Shown here in pieces: positions 29,163 to 39,381 of a DNA stretch of 64,000 nt. The stretch covers positions 1,300 through 65,299 of the forward strand of contig JBDHBD010000013.1 of assembly GCA_039587755.1 (NCBI GenBank), given 5' to 3'. Source of the stretch: Gemmatimonadota bacterium (GTDB taxonomy: Bacteria > Gemmatimonadota > Gemmatimonadetes > Palauibacterales > Palauibacteraceae). The notes beneath the pieces are model-generated. The model searched no databases. It was not told the DNA's origin and saw only the letters and a list, made by a program, of their open reading frames with translations. Position 1 is the stretch's first letter. Each line of letters starts with the position of its first letter. Both the position numbers and the translations under genes were made by a program.

Positions 29163-30631
29163 AGCTCGGTCTCGTCAGTCTCGGCTGCGACAAGAACACG
29201 GTCGACTCCGAGCGCATCTTTGCCACCCTGGTCGGCTACGGCGCGCAGCGTACGACTTCGCTGGAACAGGCCGAGGTCATACTGGTCAACACGTGCGGTT
29301 TCATCGACGCGGCCAAGGAGGAGTCGATCGAGACGATCCTCGAGGCGGCGCACTGGAAACGGCACGGCGACTGTCAGGCCCTTGTGGCAGTGGGCTGCAT
29401 GGTCGAGCAATACCGGAGCGAGATGGAGGAGGCACTTCCGGAGGTCGATATCCTTCTCGGGCTGACAGATGTAGACCGGCTCGTGCCGGAGCTACGGGAG
29501 CGCGGGCTGCTGGAAGACCCGCTGGCCGCCCACCCCGGAACCCGTCTGCCCCTAAGCTCTCGGCACGTGAGCTACCTGAAGGTGAGCGAGGGCTGTGATC
29601 ACGGCTGTGCCTTTTGCGCTATTCCCTTGTGGCGGGGGAAGCATCGCTCGTTTGCCGGCAGCGGCCTCGTCGCGGAGGCACGGGAGCTGGAGGCGCAGGG
29701 GACGGTCGAGCTGAACCTGGTGGCCCAGGACCTCGCCCACTATGGGCGTGATCTACGCGATGGGTCGGACATCTCTGGGCTGCTGCGCACCTTGCTCGAT
29801 GAGACGTCTATTCCCTGGTTGCGTCTGCTCTACATCTATTCGGCCGGTATACGAGATCCTCTCGTGGAGTTGATGGCCAGCGAGTCGCGGGTGGTTCCGT
29901 ACCTCGACATGCCGATTCAGCACGCAGCCGATCCGGTGCTCGTTCGCATGCGCAGGCCTGAGAGGCAGGACGCGTTGCGCCACAAGATCGGCTGGCTGCG
30001 CGAGGCGATTCCGGGTCTCACGTTGCGGACAACCGTGATGGTCGGGTTCCCGGGCGAGACCGATGACGACTTTCGGGATCTGCTCGACTTCATGGAGGAG
30101 GTGCGCTTCGATCGATTGGGCGCGTTCGCCTTCTCGCCTCAACCCGCCACGCGTGCAGCGGAGTACGAGGATCTGTTCGTCCCGCCCGACCTGGCCAACG
30201 AGCGACTCGAGGAGCTTCTCGAAGTGCAGCGCGTGATTTCCGCCGTGAAGATGGCACGCGAGGTCGGCAGACGGCGCGAGGCGATCGTCGACTCGGCCCG
30301 GTCGGACGAGGCGCTCGTCGCTGAAGGCCGGTCCGAGGATGCAACCGGCGGGTCCGCGTTCCGCGCCACGGGACGGATACGATCGCAGGCAGACGACGTC
30401 GATGGTGTGACGGAGCTGATGTCCCGGGCACCGCTTCGACGCGGGCAGCTCGTTCACGTGTCGGTGCTGGAGGCCTCGGACTACGATCTGTCCGCTCGTG
30501 TGGAAGGGGTAGTGAGAGACGCCCCGCGAGTACCTGTGGTCCGAGAGACCGAGATTTCGAACCCGAAGCTCACGGCGGGACGCCGTCTGCCGGTGACGGA
30601 GCTGGGTCTCGACACAGTGCGAGGGCGTTGA
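29159..30631 (+). CDS. rimO: Ribosomal protein S12 methylthiotransferase RimO (MiaB-family radical SAM plus TRAM)
   Basis: N-terminal MTTase domain (LVSLGCDKNTVDSE…VNTCGFI). Radical SAM CxxxCxxC as CDHGCAFCAIP. C-terminal TRAM. ATGA overlap with the lolA-like gene. Confidence 0.85.
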   Translation: MKLGLVSLGCDKNTVDSERIFATLVGYGAQRTTSLEQAEVILVNTCGFIDAAKEESIETILEAAHWKRHGDCQALVAVGCMVEQYRSEMEEALPEVDILLGLTDVDRLVPELRERGLLEDPLAAHPGTRLPLSSRHVSYLKVSEGCDHGCAFCAIPLWRGKHRSFAGSGLVAEARELEAQGTVELNLVAQDLAHYGRDLRDGSDISGLLRTLLDETSIPWLRLLYIYSAGIRDPLVELMASESRVVPYLDMPIQHAADPVLVRMRRPERQDALRHKIGWLREAIPGLTLRTTVMVGFPGETDDDFRDLLDFMEEVRFDRLGAFAFSPQPATRAAEYEDLFVPPDLANERLEELLEVQRVISAVKMAREVGRRREAIVDSARSDEALVAEGRSEDATGGSAFRATGRIRSQADDVDGVTELMSRAPLRRGQLVHVSVLEASDYDLSARVEGVVRDAPRVPVVRETEISNPKLTAGRRLPVTELGLDTVRGR

Positions 30632-30673
30632 CGATTCGGCGGCCGCTGGTCGGACCGACGGTGGCGGCGTAGT

Positions 30674-31453
30674 ATGGCCCGGATCGGCCCGGGAGGGTGT
30701 GTGGATTCTGAAGGGAGGAAGGGCATGATGAAGAGTGGTTGGGGCGCGAGGGTGCGCTCCGTGGGGAGAAGAGGAATCGGGGGCGTGGGCGCCGGTCAGC
30801 TCGCCAGACGTGCGGTCTACTCGATGATCGGCACGATGATCGTTGCGGCGTTCACCGCATCCCCCGCACAGGGGCAGAGCCTCGAAGAATACGACTACGC
30901 CAACCTGTGGCTCCGTGGCGCGTCGGGTGAGATTTTCATCGTCTTTCCCCATAACGTCGAGGAGACGATCGGGTTCGGTGCCAGGGTCGATTTCGGGTTT
31001 CTGGGGCCGCACGTTCGGCTGCAGGCCCGCGCCGCCTACTGGGACTCCCAACTCAAGACGGCCGAAGTGCGTAGCTTCGAGGATAGAGTCGAAGAAGTCG
31101 TGCTCGAGCAGGGCGGCGAAATCCCCGAGGGTGGTCTGGACCTGGGCGAGATCGACAGAAACGCGCTGCTGTTCGGTGCGGACCTGCACTGGATGCCGAA
31201 CGTGAGGGGGCTGGTCCGGCCGTACCTGGGCATCGGAACCGAGCTGTACATTCTGAGCGGATCAGGTGACGCGATCAACAACACGTTTGTCGAGGATGGA
31301 CTGGATCTTCTGACCGCCGGCGTGTCGGGTGTGGCGGGTATCGAGTTCGCCTTGAACGCACTCACCCTGTATGGCGATGTTCGGGGCGCGCTCGTCGCGG
31401 ATGTGCGGAACGTCGCGCTGACGATCGGACTGGGTTACTTCGTCCAACCCTAG
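30674..31453 (+). CDS. Predicted outer-membrane beta-barrel protein (porin/OmpW-like)
   Basis: Internal signal MIGTMIVAAFTASPAQGQ. Alternating amphipathic beta-strand pattern, Gly/aromatic rich. The true start is probably near 30824. Confidence 0.4.
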   Translation: MARIGPGGCVDSEGRKGMMKSGWGARVRSVGRRGIGGVGAGQLARRAVYSMIGTMIVAAFTASPAQGQSLEEYDYANLWLRGASGEIFIVFPHNVEETIGFGARVDFGFLGPHVRLQARAAYWDSQLKTAEVRSFEDRVEEVVLEQGGEIPEGGLDLGEIDRNALLFGADLHWMPNVRGLVRPYLGIGTELYILSGSGDAINNTFVEDGLDLLTAGVSGVAGIEFALNALTLYGDVRGALVADVRNVALTIGLGYFVQP

Positions 31454-31474
31454 CGGATCATACGGCGGGCGCCC

Positions 31475-33118
31475 GTGACGAGTCGGAGACCGTCGCGGGC
31501 CGCGCAACCCGTGATCGCCAACGAGCTTCGCCGACGCATCGTTCCTTCGGGGGCCGTCTGGCCATTCGGCAGCGGCGTGCTGCTCACGCTGGCCTGTCCG
31601 CCTTTTCACCTTCTGGCGCCCTCCTTCGTGGGGCTGGTTCCCTTCCTCGTGTGGTTGGAGGAGCGACCGACCGGAGAAGCGGGTCGGAGCGAAGCACGCC
31701 GCGGCGGCTTCCTGTTGGGCGCGGTCGGCTACTCGCTGACCTACTACTGGCTGGCCGTGTCGCTGGTCCGCTTCACGCCGCTCTCCGTCCTCTTCTTTCT
31801 GGGGATCGTTCTGCTCCTCGCCTCCCTGCTCGCCCTGGTGGCGGGCGCGGCCCGAGTGACCCGGGATGAGCTCGGCTGGCCCCTGTGGGTGGTCTTCCCG
31901 GTCTTCTGGACGGGGTATGAGTGGCTGAGGGCGCATCTGCCGGACGTCGCGTTTCCGTGGATGCAGCTCGGAGACACCCTCACCGGGTTTCCGTGGCTGG
32001 TCGGAGCGGCCGATCTCGTGGGTTCCCGCGGCCTGACCTTCTGGCTCGCCACGGTGAACGCGCTGGTGGCGACCGCGGTTGTGACCTGGCGACAAGCCGG
32101 GGCTCGCGCGGCTCTCTCGCCACACCGCCTGGTGGCTCTGCTTCTCGTCCTCGGTCTTCCGATCGCCTACTCCCTGGTCCGATGGACGACGCTACCGATG
32201 CGCGCCACCGCGACGGTGGCGATCATCCAGCCGAACATCCCCGAGGAGCTCAAGCTCGACCGACCGGCGGCGATCAGAGGTGCACAGCTGGCGACCGATG
32301 CGCTCCTCTTCGAGGTGGTCTCTGATTCGGTCCCGCTCGACCTGCTTGTTCTCCCGGAAACGGTTCTGCCGTGGCACGTGGAGCCGATCGTGTCGCGAGG
32401 AGACCCGGGTCGACCCGACCTGGAGGCGTGGGTCGCGGCGCTTGTCCGTCGCTCCGGTGCCGACGTGCTGTACGGGGCGCTCGGGGTCGAAGACCGCGGC
32501 GACGGGGAGTACGATTATCTCAACTCCGCCTTCCTGGTGGACGAGACCGGCGGGCGGGTGGCCCGTTACGACAAACAATACCTGGTTCCCGGCATGGAAC
32601 GCGTTCCGTTTCTGAACCCTCGCTGGTTCGGCGGTTTAGAATACCTCGGTGGCTTCGCCCGGGGGCGGTCGGCGCCCCCGCTCGGTCCGCCCGGACGCCG
32701 TTTCGGCGTCATGATCTGTTACGAGTCCATCTTTACGGGATTGGGACGCCACTACCGGAGGAACGGGGCCGACTTTCTGGTGAACGTGACGAACGACGCG
32801 TGGTTCGGTGGTGAAGAGTGGTGGAGCCGCACCAGCGCGCTGTGGCAGCATCCCGCCCACCTCGTCATGCGGACGATCGAGACCCGCATCGGTGCAGCCC
32901 GGGCGGCGAATACGGGGATCTCCGCCGTCGTGGACCCGCTCGGAAGAGTGGGCTCGGCCACTCGACTCTTCGTGCCGGCCGCCTTCGCCGCCGAGGTTCT
33001 GACCACCGATGGACGCACGGTGTTCGTTCGTCTCGGCGACGTCGTCGGGACGGCCTCGGCGGTGACGGCGGGATTGCTGCTCCTGGGTCTGTGGCACCGT
33101 CGAAGAAGCGAGGCGTGA
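31475..33118 (+). CDS. lnt: Apolipoprotein N-acyltransferase
   Basis: Polytopic N-terminal membrane domain plus a CN-hydrolase domain (…LLVLPETVLPWH…FGVMICYESIF…). Confidence 0.8.
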   Translation: MTSRRPSRAAQPVIANELRRRIVPSGAVWPFGSGVLLTLACPPFHLLAPSFVGLVPFLVWLEERPTGEAGRSEARRGGFLLGAVGYSLTYYWLAVSLVRFTPLSVLFFLGIVLLLASLLALVAGAARVTRDELGWPLWVVFPVFWTGYEWLRAHLPDVAFPWMQLGDTLTGFPWLVGAADLVGSRGLTFWLATVNALVATAVVTWRQAGARAALSPHRLVALLLVLGLPIAYSLVRWTTLPMRATATVAIIQPNIPEELKLDRPAAIRGAQLATDALLFEVVSDSVPLDLLVLPETVLPWHVEPIVSRGDPGRPDLEAWVAALVRRSGADVLYGALGVEDRGDGEYDYLNSAFLVDETGGRVARYDKQYLVPGMERVPFLNPRWFGGLEYLGGFARGRSAPPLGPPGRRFGVMICYESIFTGLGRHYRRNGADFLVNVTNDAWFGGEEWWSRTSALWQHPAHLVMRTIETRIGAARAANTGISAVVDPLGRVGSATRLFVPAAFAAEVLTTDGRTVFVRLGDVVGTASAVTAGLLLLGLWHRRRSEA

Positions 33119-33135
33119 TGCGGAGGAGAGTCGGT

Positions 33136-35229
33136 ATGGAGCTCCCCCGATCCGGTGCGGTTCTGGCTGCCGGCGTGGTGGGTCTGTTGCTCACGACCGC
33201 CGGATCCCTGCAGGCCCAGTTCATCCCGCGCCCCGTGCCCTTCGACACGAGCCGTGTCATGCCGGACACGCTCGCCGGAGACACCACCGTGTACGAGCTC
33301 GAGGCCCTGCGCGTGCGGACCACGAGACCCCTGGCAACGCAGACAGGCGCGACCGCGATCCGCCTGAACCTGGATGCTCCGCGTGTGGCGGCCGCTCCGA
33401 TGCTGGACGAAGCGCTCCGCAGGATGCCTTTCTTCCAGATTCGGGAGAATTCGCGCGGGGAAGCGCAGCTCACGCTGCGGGGCACGGAGTCACGTCAGGT
33501 TGCCGTGCTGGTCGACGGCATCCCTCTCACCTTGGGCTGGGACGCACGCACCGACCTGTCACTGATCCCGGTGAGCGCGGCCCGGGAGATCCAGGTGTAC
33601 CGGGGTCTGTCTTCGGTGCTTCACGGGCCCAACGTCCTGGGTGGAGTGGTGGAGATCGACATCGTTCGCGGCACGTCTACCGTGCCGGACCCGCCGCCTC
33701 TGCGAGCCCAGGCCGGGATCGACGGCACGGGCGCCACGGCGATCGCGGTGGAGGCGGGGGAACGGATCCGCACCGGGGCGGAGGATCTTACCGTCAGGGG
33801 CGGCATCGCGTTTCGGACTCGCGAAGGTGTGGCCCTGGCCTCGGGGGTCACTCAGCCGGTGCCCGGCGACGAGCTGCGTCTGAACAGCGATCGAGAACAC
33901 CTGAACGGTTTCCTTGCGGCGCGCTACGGATCGCCGGAGGGCGGTCCGTGGATTGCCCTGTCCTCCTTCGCGTTCACGGCCGACAAGGGCGTTCCCCCCG
34001 AGCTCCACATCGAGAATCCTCGACTCTGGCGCATTCCCGAAGCATCGCGCGTGGTGACCGCGCTCTCCGGCGGGACCGGATGGGGCGCGACTCCGCTCGG
34101 CGAGGGCGATTTGGAAGCGAGCTTCGGCATCGACTGGGGCGATTCGCGGATCGACGAGTTCGAAACGCTGGCGTACGAGACTGTACGGCAGCAGGAGCTG
34201 TCGGACGACCGCACGATCACCGCTCGGTTGGTCGGAGATCACACGCTGGCGGAAGGAACCGTGCGGGCCGCCTTCACGTTCGCCGACACCCGTCATATCG
34301 AGACGCTGGATCGGGGTGAGGCGTCCCGGTTTCGTCAGCAGCTGTGGAGCCTCGCGGCCGAGGCGGAGCAGCCGCTTGGCCGCAAGACCGATGACACGGG
34401 GCCTCTCTCCGATCTTACCCTGACCGGCGGCTTGAGCCTGGACCGAGCGAGCACCCCCGAGACGGGCGGACGCGAAGCCCGTATCGCGTTGGTGGATTGG
34501 GGTACGCGTGTGGGAGTGTCCGCTCTGATCGCCGGTGGGTCAACGCGGCTCCATGGGGGCGTGAGTCGGAGGGTCCGCTTCCCGTCGCTGCGTGAGCTGT
34601 ACTCGGGCGGGCTCGGGCGCTTCATCCCCAACCCGGACCTCGAACCGGAAGTACTGGTGGTGGGTGAACTGGGCGCGACAGCCGAGCTCGGAGGCCTGGA
34701 AGGCCAGGTCGTATTGTTCCATCAGCGATGGTCGGATGCGATCGTTCGATCGAGCGTCGGCGACGGGACGTTTCGACGAGAAAACCGGAACCGGGTTACC
34801 GCGACCGGCATCGAGTTGCTGGCGTCGCTGCGTCTTGGCCCGGCCCTCCTGGGTGGTGACCTCACGCTGCAGGGAGTGGCCCTGCGCGACGAGCTGGCTC
34901 CACAGACCGAGCGGGAGCCCGAGTATCAACCAGAAGTGTTCGGAGACCTGGAGTTCTCGGGCCCGCTCGCTCTCGGCGTCTGGGGAACCGCCGCCGTCGG
35001 ATACGTGGGACCGCAGTACTGTGTGAATCCCGAGCTGGAAGCCGACCAGCGGCTGAGTGCGAGCGGCCGTCTCGATCTGCTGCTCGGTCGAGAGTGGCGT
35101 CTCGGCGGGCCGCTGTCGATTCTCGAGACCTCTCTAGCTCTGGACAACGCGACGGACGCCACCGTGTTCGACCAGTGTGGTCTCCCGCAACCCGGTCGCA
35201 CTCTGCGGCTGCAGGTTCGCGTGCGATGA
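33136..35229 (+). CDS. TonB-dependent outer-membrane receptor
   Basis: Signal MELPRSGAVLAAGVVGLLLTTAGSLQAQ. Plug domain (EAQLTLRGTESRQVAVLVDGIPLT…IQVYRGLSSVLHGPNVLGGVVEI). C-terminal beta-barrel. Stop overlaps the menF ATG. Confidence 0.75.
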   Translation: MELPRSGAVLAAGVVGLLLTTAGSLQAQFIPRPVPFDTSRVMPDTLAGDTTVYELEALRVRTTRPLATQTGATAIRLNLDAPRVAAAPMLDEALRRMPFFQIRENSRGEAQLTLRGTESRQVAVLVDGIPLTLGWDARTDLSLIPVSAAREIQVYRGLSSVLHGPNVLGGVVEIDIVRGTSTVPDPPPLRAQAGIDGTGATAIAVEAGERIRTGAEDLTVRGGIAFRTREGVALASGVTQPVPGDELRLNSDREHLNGFLAARYGSPEGGPWIALSSFAFTADKGVPPELHIENPRLWRIPEASRVVTALSGGTGWGATPLGEGDLEASFGIDWGDSRIDEFETLAYETVRQQELSDDRTITARLVGDHTLAEGTVRAAFTFADTRHIETLDRGEASRFRQQLWSLAAEAEQPLGRKTDDTGPLSDLTLTGGLSLDRASTPETGGREARIALVDWGTRVGVSALIAGGSTRLHGGVSRRVRFPSLRELYSGGLGRFIPNPDLEPEVLVVGELGATAELGGLEGQVVLFHQRWSDAIVRSSVGDGTFRRENRNRVTATGIELLASLRLGPALLGGDLTLQGVALRDELAPQTEREPEYQPEVFGDLEFSGPLALGVWGTAAVGYVGPQYCVNPELEADQRLSASGRLDLLLGREWRLGGPLSILETSLALDNATDATVFDQCGLPQPGRTLRLQVRVR

Positions 35230-36698
35230 GCGATCGGTCCAGCGTGCCATACCTGCCCGACAAGGCCGGAGTACGCGAGCCGAGCGAGCGGCCGGCAACC
35301 CGCTGGCTGCTCGCGGAGTGCGAAGCCCCGGATATAGATCCTTTTTCCTTCCTTTCCGCCGCCTCAGGGCTGTCAAGCGCCGATGAGCCCCGGGCGTACT
35401 GGAGATTGGGGTCTCGTTGGGTGGCGAGCCGCGGTGCATTGGCGCAGATCGACTCCCGGGAGCTGGGTGATCGGGACCCGTGCGCGGCCGTGCGGATCAA
35501 GGCCATGGAACTCCTCGGAACTCCGACGGCGGGTCGGTCCGGGCGTTCGCCAGGGGAAGGCGCGCGGCAGGATGTCCCCCGGTTGTACGGGGGGCTCGCA
35601 TTCCACAGCCGCTGGAGCCGGCTGGACCCAGGGGAAGGCGAAGACCTCTGGGCCGAGTTTCCGGCGGCGCGCTTCTTTGTTCCCGCGTACGAGCTGGAGG
35701 GTGGAGAAGGGCACGTGAGTTTGAGGGCGTGGCGTCGACTGGACGGCTCCACCGACCCGAAGTCCGAACTGGACATGGCTCTCGAGGATCTCGAGCGGCT
35801 CCGCAGCCGAGTGGCTCGAGTGGGCCGACTGGAACGGAGCGATCTGGAGTTCGAGTCCCCCGTTGGCTCGGTCCGGGAGATCGTGACCTGGCCTGAGTGG
35901 CGGGTCAGTATCGAGCGGGTGCTCGAGAGAATCCAGACCGGCGACGTGCAGAAGGTCGTGCTGTCGCGCGCCGTCGATGTTCCTCTTCCCGGGCAAATAG
36001 ATCCGATCGGCGTGGTGGAGGAGATCTCGCGAGCCGACCCGGCGGCCAATGTCTTCTCGTTCCAGTTCGCTCCGGGAGCCGTCTTCTTCGGGGCATCGCC
36101 GGAGCTGCTGGGCTCGCTTCGGGGCCGCGATTTCCGCACCATGGCGGTGGCGGGGTCCGCACAGCGCGGAGAGGATCAGGAAGCGGACGAGCGTCTCGGG
36201 CATGCCCTTCAGGAGAGCTCCAAGGACCGGCTCGAGCATGGGATCTGCGTTCGAGAGCTGCGGGATCGGCTGGATCCTCTGACCATGCGACTCGACGTGC
36301 AGGCCAAGCCTCGCTTGCACCGCCTGGCCGAGATTCAGCACCTGCGGACGGATCTTACCGCCAAGGTCGAGGAAGGGACGCACATTCTCGATTTGCTGTC
36401 GGTTCTTCACCCGACCGCTGCCGTCTGCGGCCGCCCACGTGACGCGGCGGCCCGCGTGCTGGCGGCCGAGGAGCCACTCTCACGTGGCTGGTATGCGGGC
36501 GCCATGGGCTGGTTCGACGGCGCAGGCAACGGGGATTTCGTGCCGGGGCTGCGGTGCGCGGTTCTCGCCGGGCAGATGCTGCGACTGTTCGCCGGAGCCG
36601 GAATCGTGGAGGGCTCCGGGGCGGAGGCAGAGTGGGAGGAGACGAGTCTGAAACTTCGCACGATCGGGCGCGCGCTGGGCCTCGGGGAGGTCACGTGA
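35226..36698 (+). CDS. menF: Isochorismate synthase (menaquinone-specific)
   Basis: Chorismate-binding-enzyme C-terminal motifs (…AVCGRPRDAAARVLAAEEPLSRGWYAGAMGWFDGAGNGDFVPGLRCAV…). ATGA overlap with the upstream TBDR. Confidence 0.8.
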   Translation: MSDRSSVPYLPDKAGVREPSERPATRWLLAECEAPDIDPFSFLSAASGLSSADEPRAYWRLGSRWVASRGALAQIDSRELGDRDPCAAVRIKAMELLGTPTAGRSGRSPGEGARQDVPRLYGGLAFHSRWSRLDPGEGEDLWAEFPAARFFVPAYELEGGEGHVSLRAWRRLDGSTDPKSELDMALEDLERLRSRVARVGRLERSDLEFESPVGSVREIVTWPEWRVSIERVLERIQTGDVQKVVLSRAVDVPLPGQIDPIGVVEEISRADPAANVFSFQFAPGAVFFGASPELLGSLRGRDFRTMAVAGSAQRGEDQEADERLGHALQESSKDRLEHGICVRELRDRLDPLTMRLDVQAKPRLHRLAEIQHLRTDLTAKVEEGTHILDLLSVLHPTAAVCGRPRDAAARVLAAEEPLSRGWYAGAMGWFDGAGNGDFVPGLRCAVLAGQMLRLFAGAGIVEGSGAEAEWEETSLKLRTIGRALGLGEVT

Positions 36699-38470
36699 GC
36701 GACGCGAACCGCAACGTCGTGTGGGCGACGGCGTTCGTAGACGAGCTGGCCCGACAGGGGGTACGGCACGTCTGCGTGGCAGCCGGCTCACGATCGGCGC
36801 CCCTCGTGTTCGCGTTCGCCGCCGACGACCGTGTTCGTCTGCACCCGTTCGTGGACGAGCGTTCCGCCGGTTTCTTCGCCCTTGGAGTGGGCCGGGCGGG
36901 TGGTACGCCCGCAGCCGTTGTCACAACCTCGGGCACGGCGGCGGCCAACCTTCTCCCGGCCGTCGTCGAGGCGAGCCAGGGCGAATCCGCGTTGATCGTG
37001 CTGACGGCCGATCGGCCCGCTCAGCTGCGCGGGCAGGACGCGAATCAGACGATCGATCAGGACCGACTTTACGGTACCTACCCGCGCGCCTTCTACGACG
37101 TCCCGCTGCCCGAAGTTCGCGACGACGCGCTGCGTTACGTGCGTGCGCTGGCAGCACGCGTCGTCGCCGGGGCACGGGATCCGATACCGGGTCCCGTGCA
37201 CGTAAACCTCCAGTTCGAGGAACCCCTGGAGCCCACGCCTGTCGCGGGAGACGTTCCCGAGACGTTCGGCGATTCGGCGCCGCTCGCAGCACGGGGGCGT
37301 GCGGGAACCGAGCCTTTTACGAGAGTGCGATGGGGCGTTCCCAAACTCGCTCGCCAGGATCTGGAGTGGGCAACGACGCGAATCGGGAAGGCACGGCGAG
37401 TTCTCATCGTCGCCGGTCCCTCATCCTCCCCGGCCGCGGCCGGGCCCGCAACGCTGAAGCTCGCGGCGGCCACGGGGTATCCCTTGCTCGCCGACCCGCT
37501 ATCCGGCGCCCGCTTCGCGCGTGGAGCGGCGGAGAGAGGCGTCGCGGCGTACGACGCGTTCCTCACCGATCCGGTAGTGCGTGCCCGCCTCGCTCCAGAC
37601 CTCGTGATCCGCCTGGGCGCCGCGCCGACTTCCGCGCCGTTGTTGAGACTGCTCGGCGCGTGCGAAAACCATATCGTCGTCGACGCGGGCGGGCGCTGGA
37701 AGGACCATCTGGCGATCGCGGACAGCTACGTGCGGACAGCCCCTGCCGCGTGGTGCGCGGCCATCGCCCGACGGGTGGAACCGGCCGCGGACCCCGAATG
37801 GATCGGTGCTTGGTGCCGTGCGGGCGCGCTGGCCGCCCGTGCGCTGGAAACCGAATTTGACGGCGAGGTATTCGAGGGGGCGGTCCTGGCCGAGGCAGTG
37901 CGCGCGCTGCCGCCAGAGGCGACGCTGTTCGTCGGAAACAGCCTTCCGATCCGCGACGTGGACGCGTTCGCCGTCCCGAGAGACGATCCGCTCCGCGTCT
38001 TCGGTCTCCGTGGGGCGAGTGGTATCGATGGCAACGTGAGTACGGCACTGGGCGTGAGCGCCGTGTCGACCGGTCCGACCCTCGCCGCGCTGGGAGACCT
38101 CGCCTTCTATCATGACATGAACGGTCTTCTCGCGGCGTCGAAACAGAGAACCGACATCGTGTTCTTCGTGATCAACAACGATGGCGGAGGCATTTTCCAC
38201 ACCCTTCCGATCCGAGAATATCAGGATGTGCTCCTGCCGTATGTGGTGCAGCCCCACGGACTCGATTTCTCCCATGCGGCGGAGCTCTACGGCCTTCCGT
38301 TCCGTCGGCACACCAGCCCGGCCGACGCCCGTTCCGCCCTGGAGCAGTGCTTCGCAGCCGGTGGGCCGCACGTGCTCGAAGTGGTGTCGGATCGCGAGAA
38401 GAACCGACGACGACGTGAACAGGTGGTCGAGGCGGTACGGGACGCCGTACGTGTCGGACTCGAAGAGTGA
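36695..38470 (+). CDS. menD: 2-succinyl-5-enolpyruvyl-6-hydroxy-3-cyclohexene-1-carboxylate (SEPHCHC) synthase, ThDP-dependent
   Basis: ThDP-enzyme N-terminal domain (VVWATAFVDELARQGVRHVCVAAGSRSAPL) and ThDP-binding region (…GASGIDGNVSTALG…). GTG overlaps the menF stop. Confidence 0.85.
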   Translation: MSDANRNVVWATAFVDELARQGVRHVCVAAGSRSAPLVFAFAADDRVRLHPFVDERSAGFFALGVGRAGGTPAAVVTTSGTAAANLLPAVVEASQGESALIVLTADRPAQLRGQDANQTIDQDRLYGTYPRAFYDVPLPEVRDDALRYVRALAARVVAGARDPIPGPVHVNLQFEEPLEPTPVAGDVPETFGDSAPLAARGRAGTEPFTRVRWGVPKLARQDLEWATTRIGKARRVLIVAGPSSSPAAAGPATLKLAAATGYPLLADPLSGARFARGAAERGVAAYDAFLTDPVVRARLAPDLVIRLGAAPTSAPLLRLLGACENHIVVDAGGRWKDHLAIADSYVRTAPAAWCAAIARRVEPAADPEWIGAWCRAGALAARALETEFDGEVFEGAVLAEAVRALPPEATLFVGNSLPIRDVDAFAVPRDDPLRVFGLRGASGIDGNVSTALGVSAVSTGPTLAALGDLAFYHDMNGLLAASKQRTDIVFFVINNDGGGIFHTLPIREYQDVLLPYVVQPHGLDFSHAAELYGLPFRRHTSPADARSALEQCFAAGGPHVLEVVSDREKNRRRREQVVEAVRDAVRVGLEE

Positions 38471-38506
38471 TCCCCAGTTTCTGAATCAGGTGATCGAGGA
38501 GCCTCA

Positions 38507-39343
38507 ATGAACGATGTGACGTGGAATGAGGTAAAGTCTTACCAGGATATCACGTACCACAAGGCAGAAGGGATCGCGCGGATCGCGTTTGATCGACCCG
38601 AAGTCCGCAACGCGTTCAGGCCGGAGACCCTGTTCGAGCTGTTGGATGCGTTCACCGACGCTCGCGAGGATCCCGAAATCGGGGTCGTGCTGTTCACGGG
38701 GAACGGGCCGGCGCAGGACGGCAAATGGGCCTTCTGCAGTGGTGGCGATCAGCGCGTGCGAGGCGAAGCGGGCTACGTCGATCGGCAGGGAGTCCCCAGA
38801 CTCAACGTCCTCGAGCTCCAGAAGCTGATCCGATCGATGCCCAAGCCGGTGATCGCGCTGGTCGCAGGGTACGCGATCGGCGGCGGCCACGTCCTGCACG
38901 TCGTCTGCGACCTGACGATCGCGGCCGACAACGCGGTGTTCGGACAGACCGGACCGAAGGTCGGCAGTTTCGACGGCGGGTTCGGCTCCTCGTACCTGGC
39001 TCGCATCGTGGGACAGAAAAAGGCGCGCGAGATCTGGTACCTTTGCCGTCAGTACGACGCGGATCAAGCCGAGCGGATGGGGCTCGTTAACGCGGTCGTC
39101 CCCGTCGGGCAGCTGGAGGCGGAGGGCATCCGGTGGGCGCGCGAGATTCTGGAGCGCAGCCCCATGGCCATCCGCTGTCTGAAGGCAGCGTTCAACGCCG
39201 ACTGCGACGGGCAGGCCGGTCTCCAGGAGCTGGCCGGCAATGCCACCATGCTCTTCTACATGACCGAAGAGGGGCAGGAGGGCCGCAACGCGTTCCTGGA
39301 GAAGCGTGCGCCGGACTTCCGGAAGTATCCCTGGCTGCCTTGA
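38507..39343 (+). CDS. menB: 1,4-dihydroxy-2-naphthoyl-CoA synthase (crotonase fold)
   Basis: MenB signature …[23 protein letters not shown]… and …[11 protein letters not shown]…[51 protein letters not shown]. Confidence 0.95.
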   Translation: MNDVTWNEVKSYQDITYHKAEGIARIAFDRPEVRNAFRPETLFELLDAFTDAREDPEIGVVLFTGNGPAQDGKWAFCSGGDQRVRGEAGYVDRQGVPRLNVLELQKLIRSMPKPVIALVAGYAIGGGHVLHVVCDLTIAADNAVFGQTGPKVGSFDGGFGSSYLARIVGQKKAREIWYLCRQYDADQAERMGLVNAVVPVGQLEAEGIRWAREILERSPMAIRCLKAAFNADCDGQAGLQELAGNATMLFYMTEEGQEGRNAFLEKRAPDFRKYPWLP

Positions 39344-39381
39344 GCGAAGACGCGCGTCCGACAGGGATCGGGGTTTGGGCG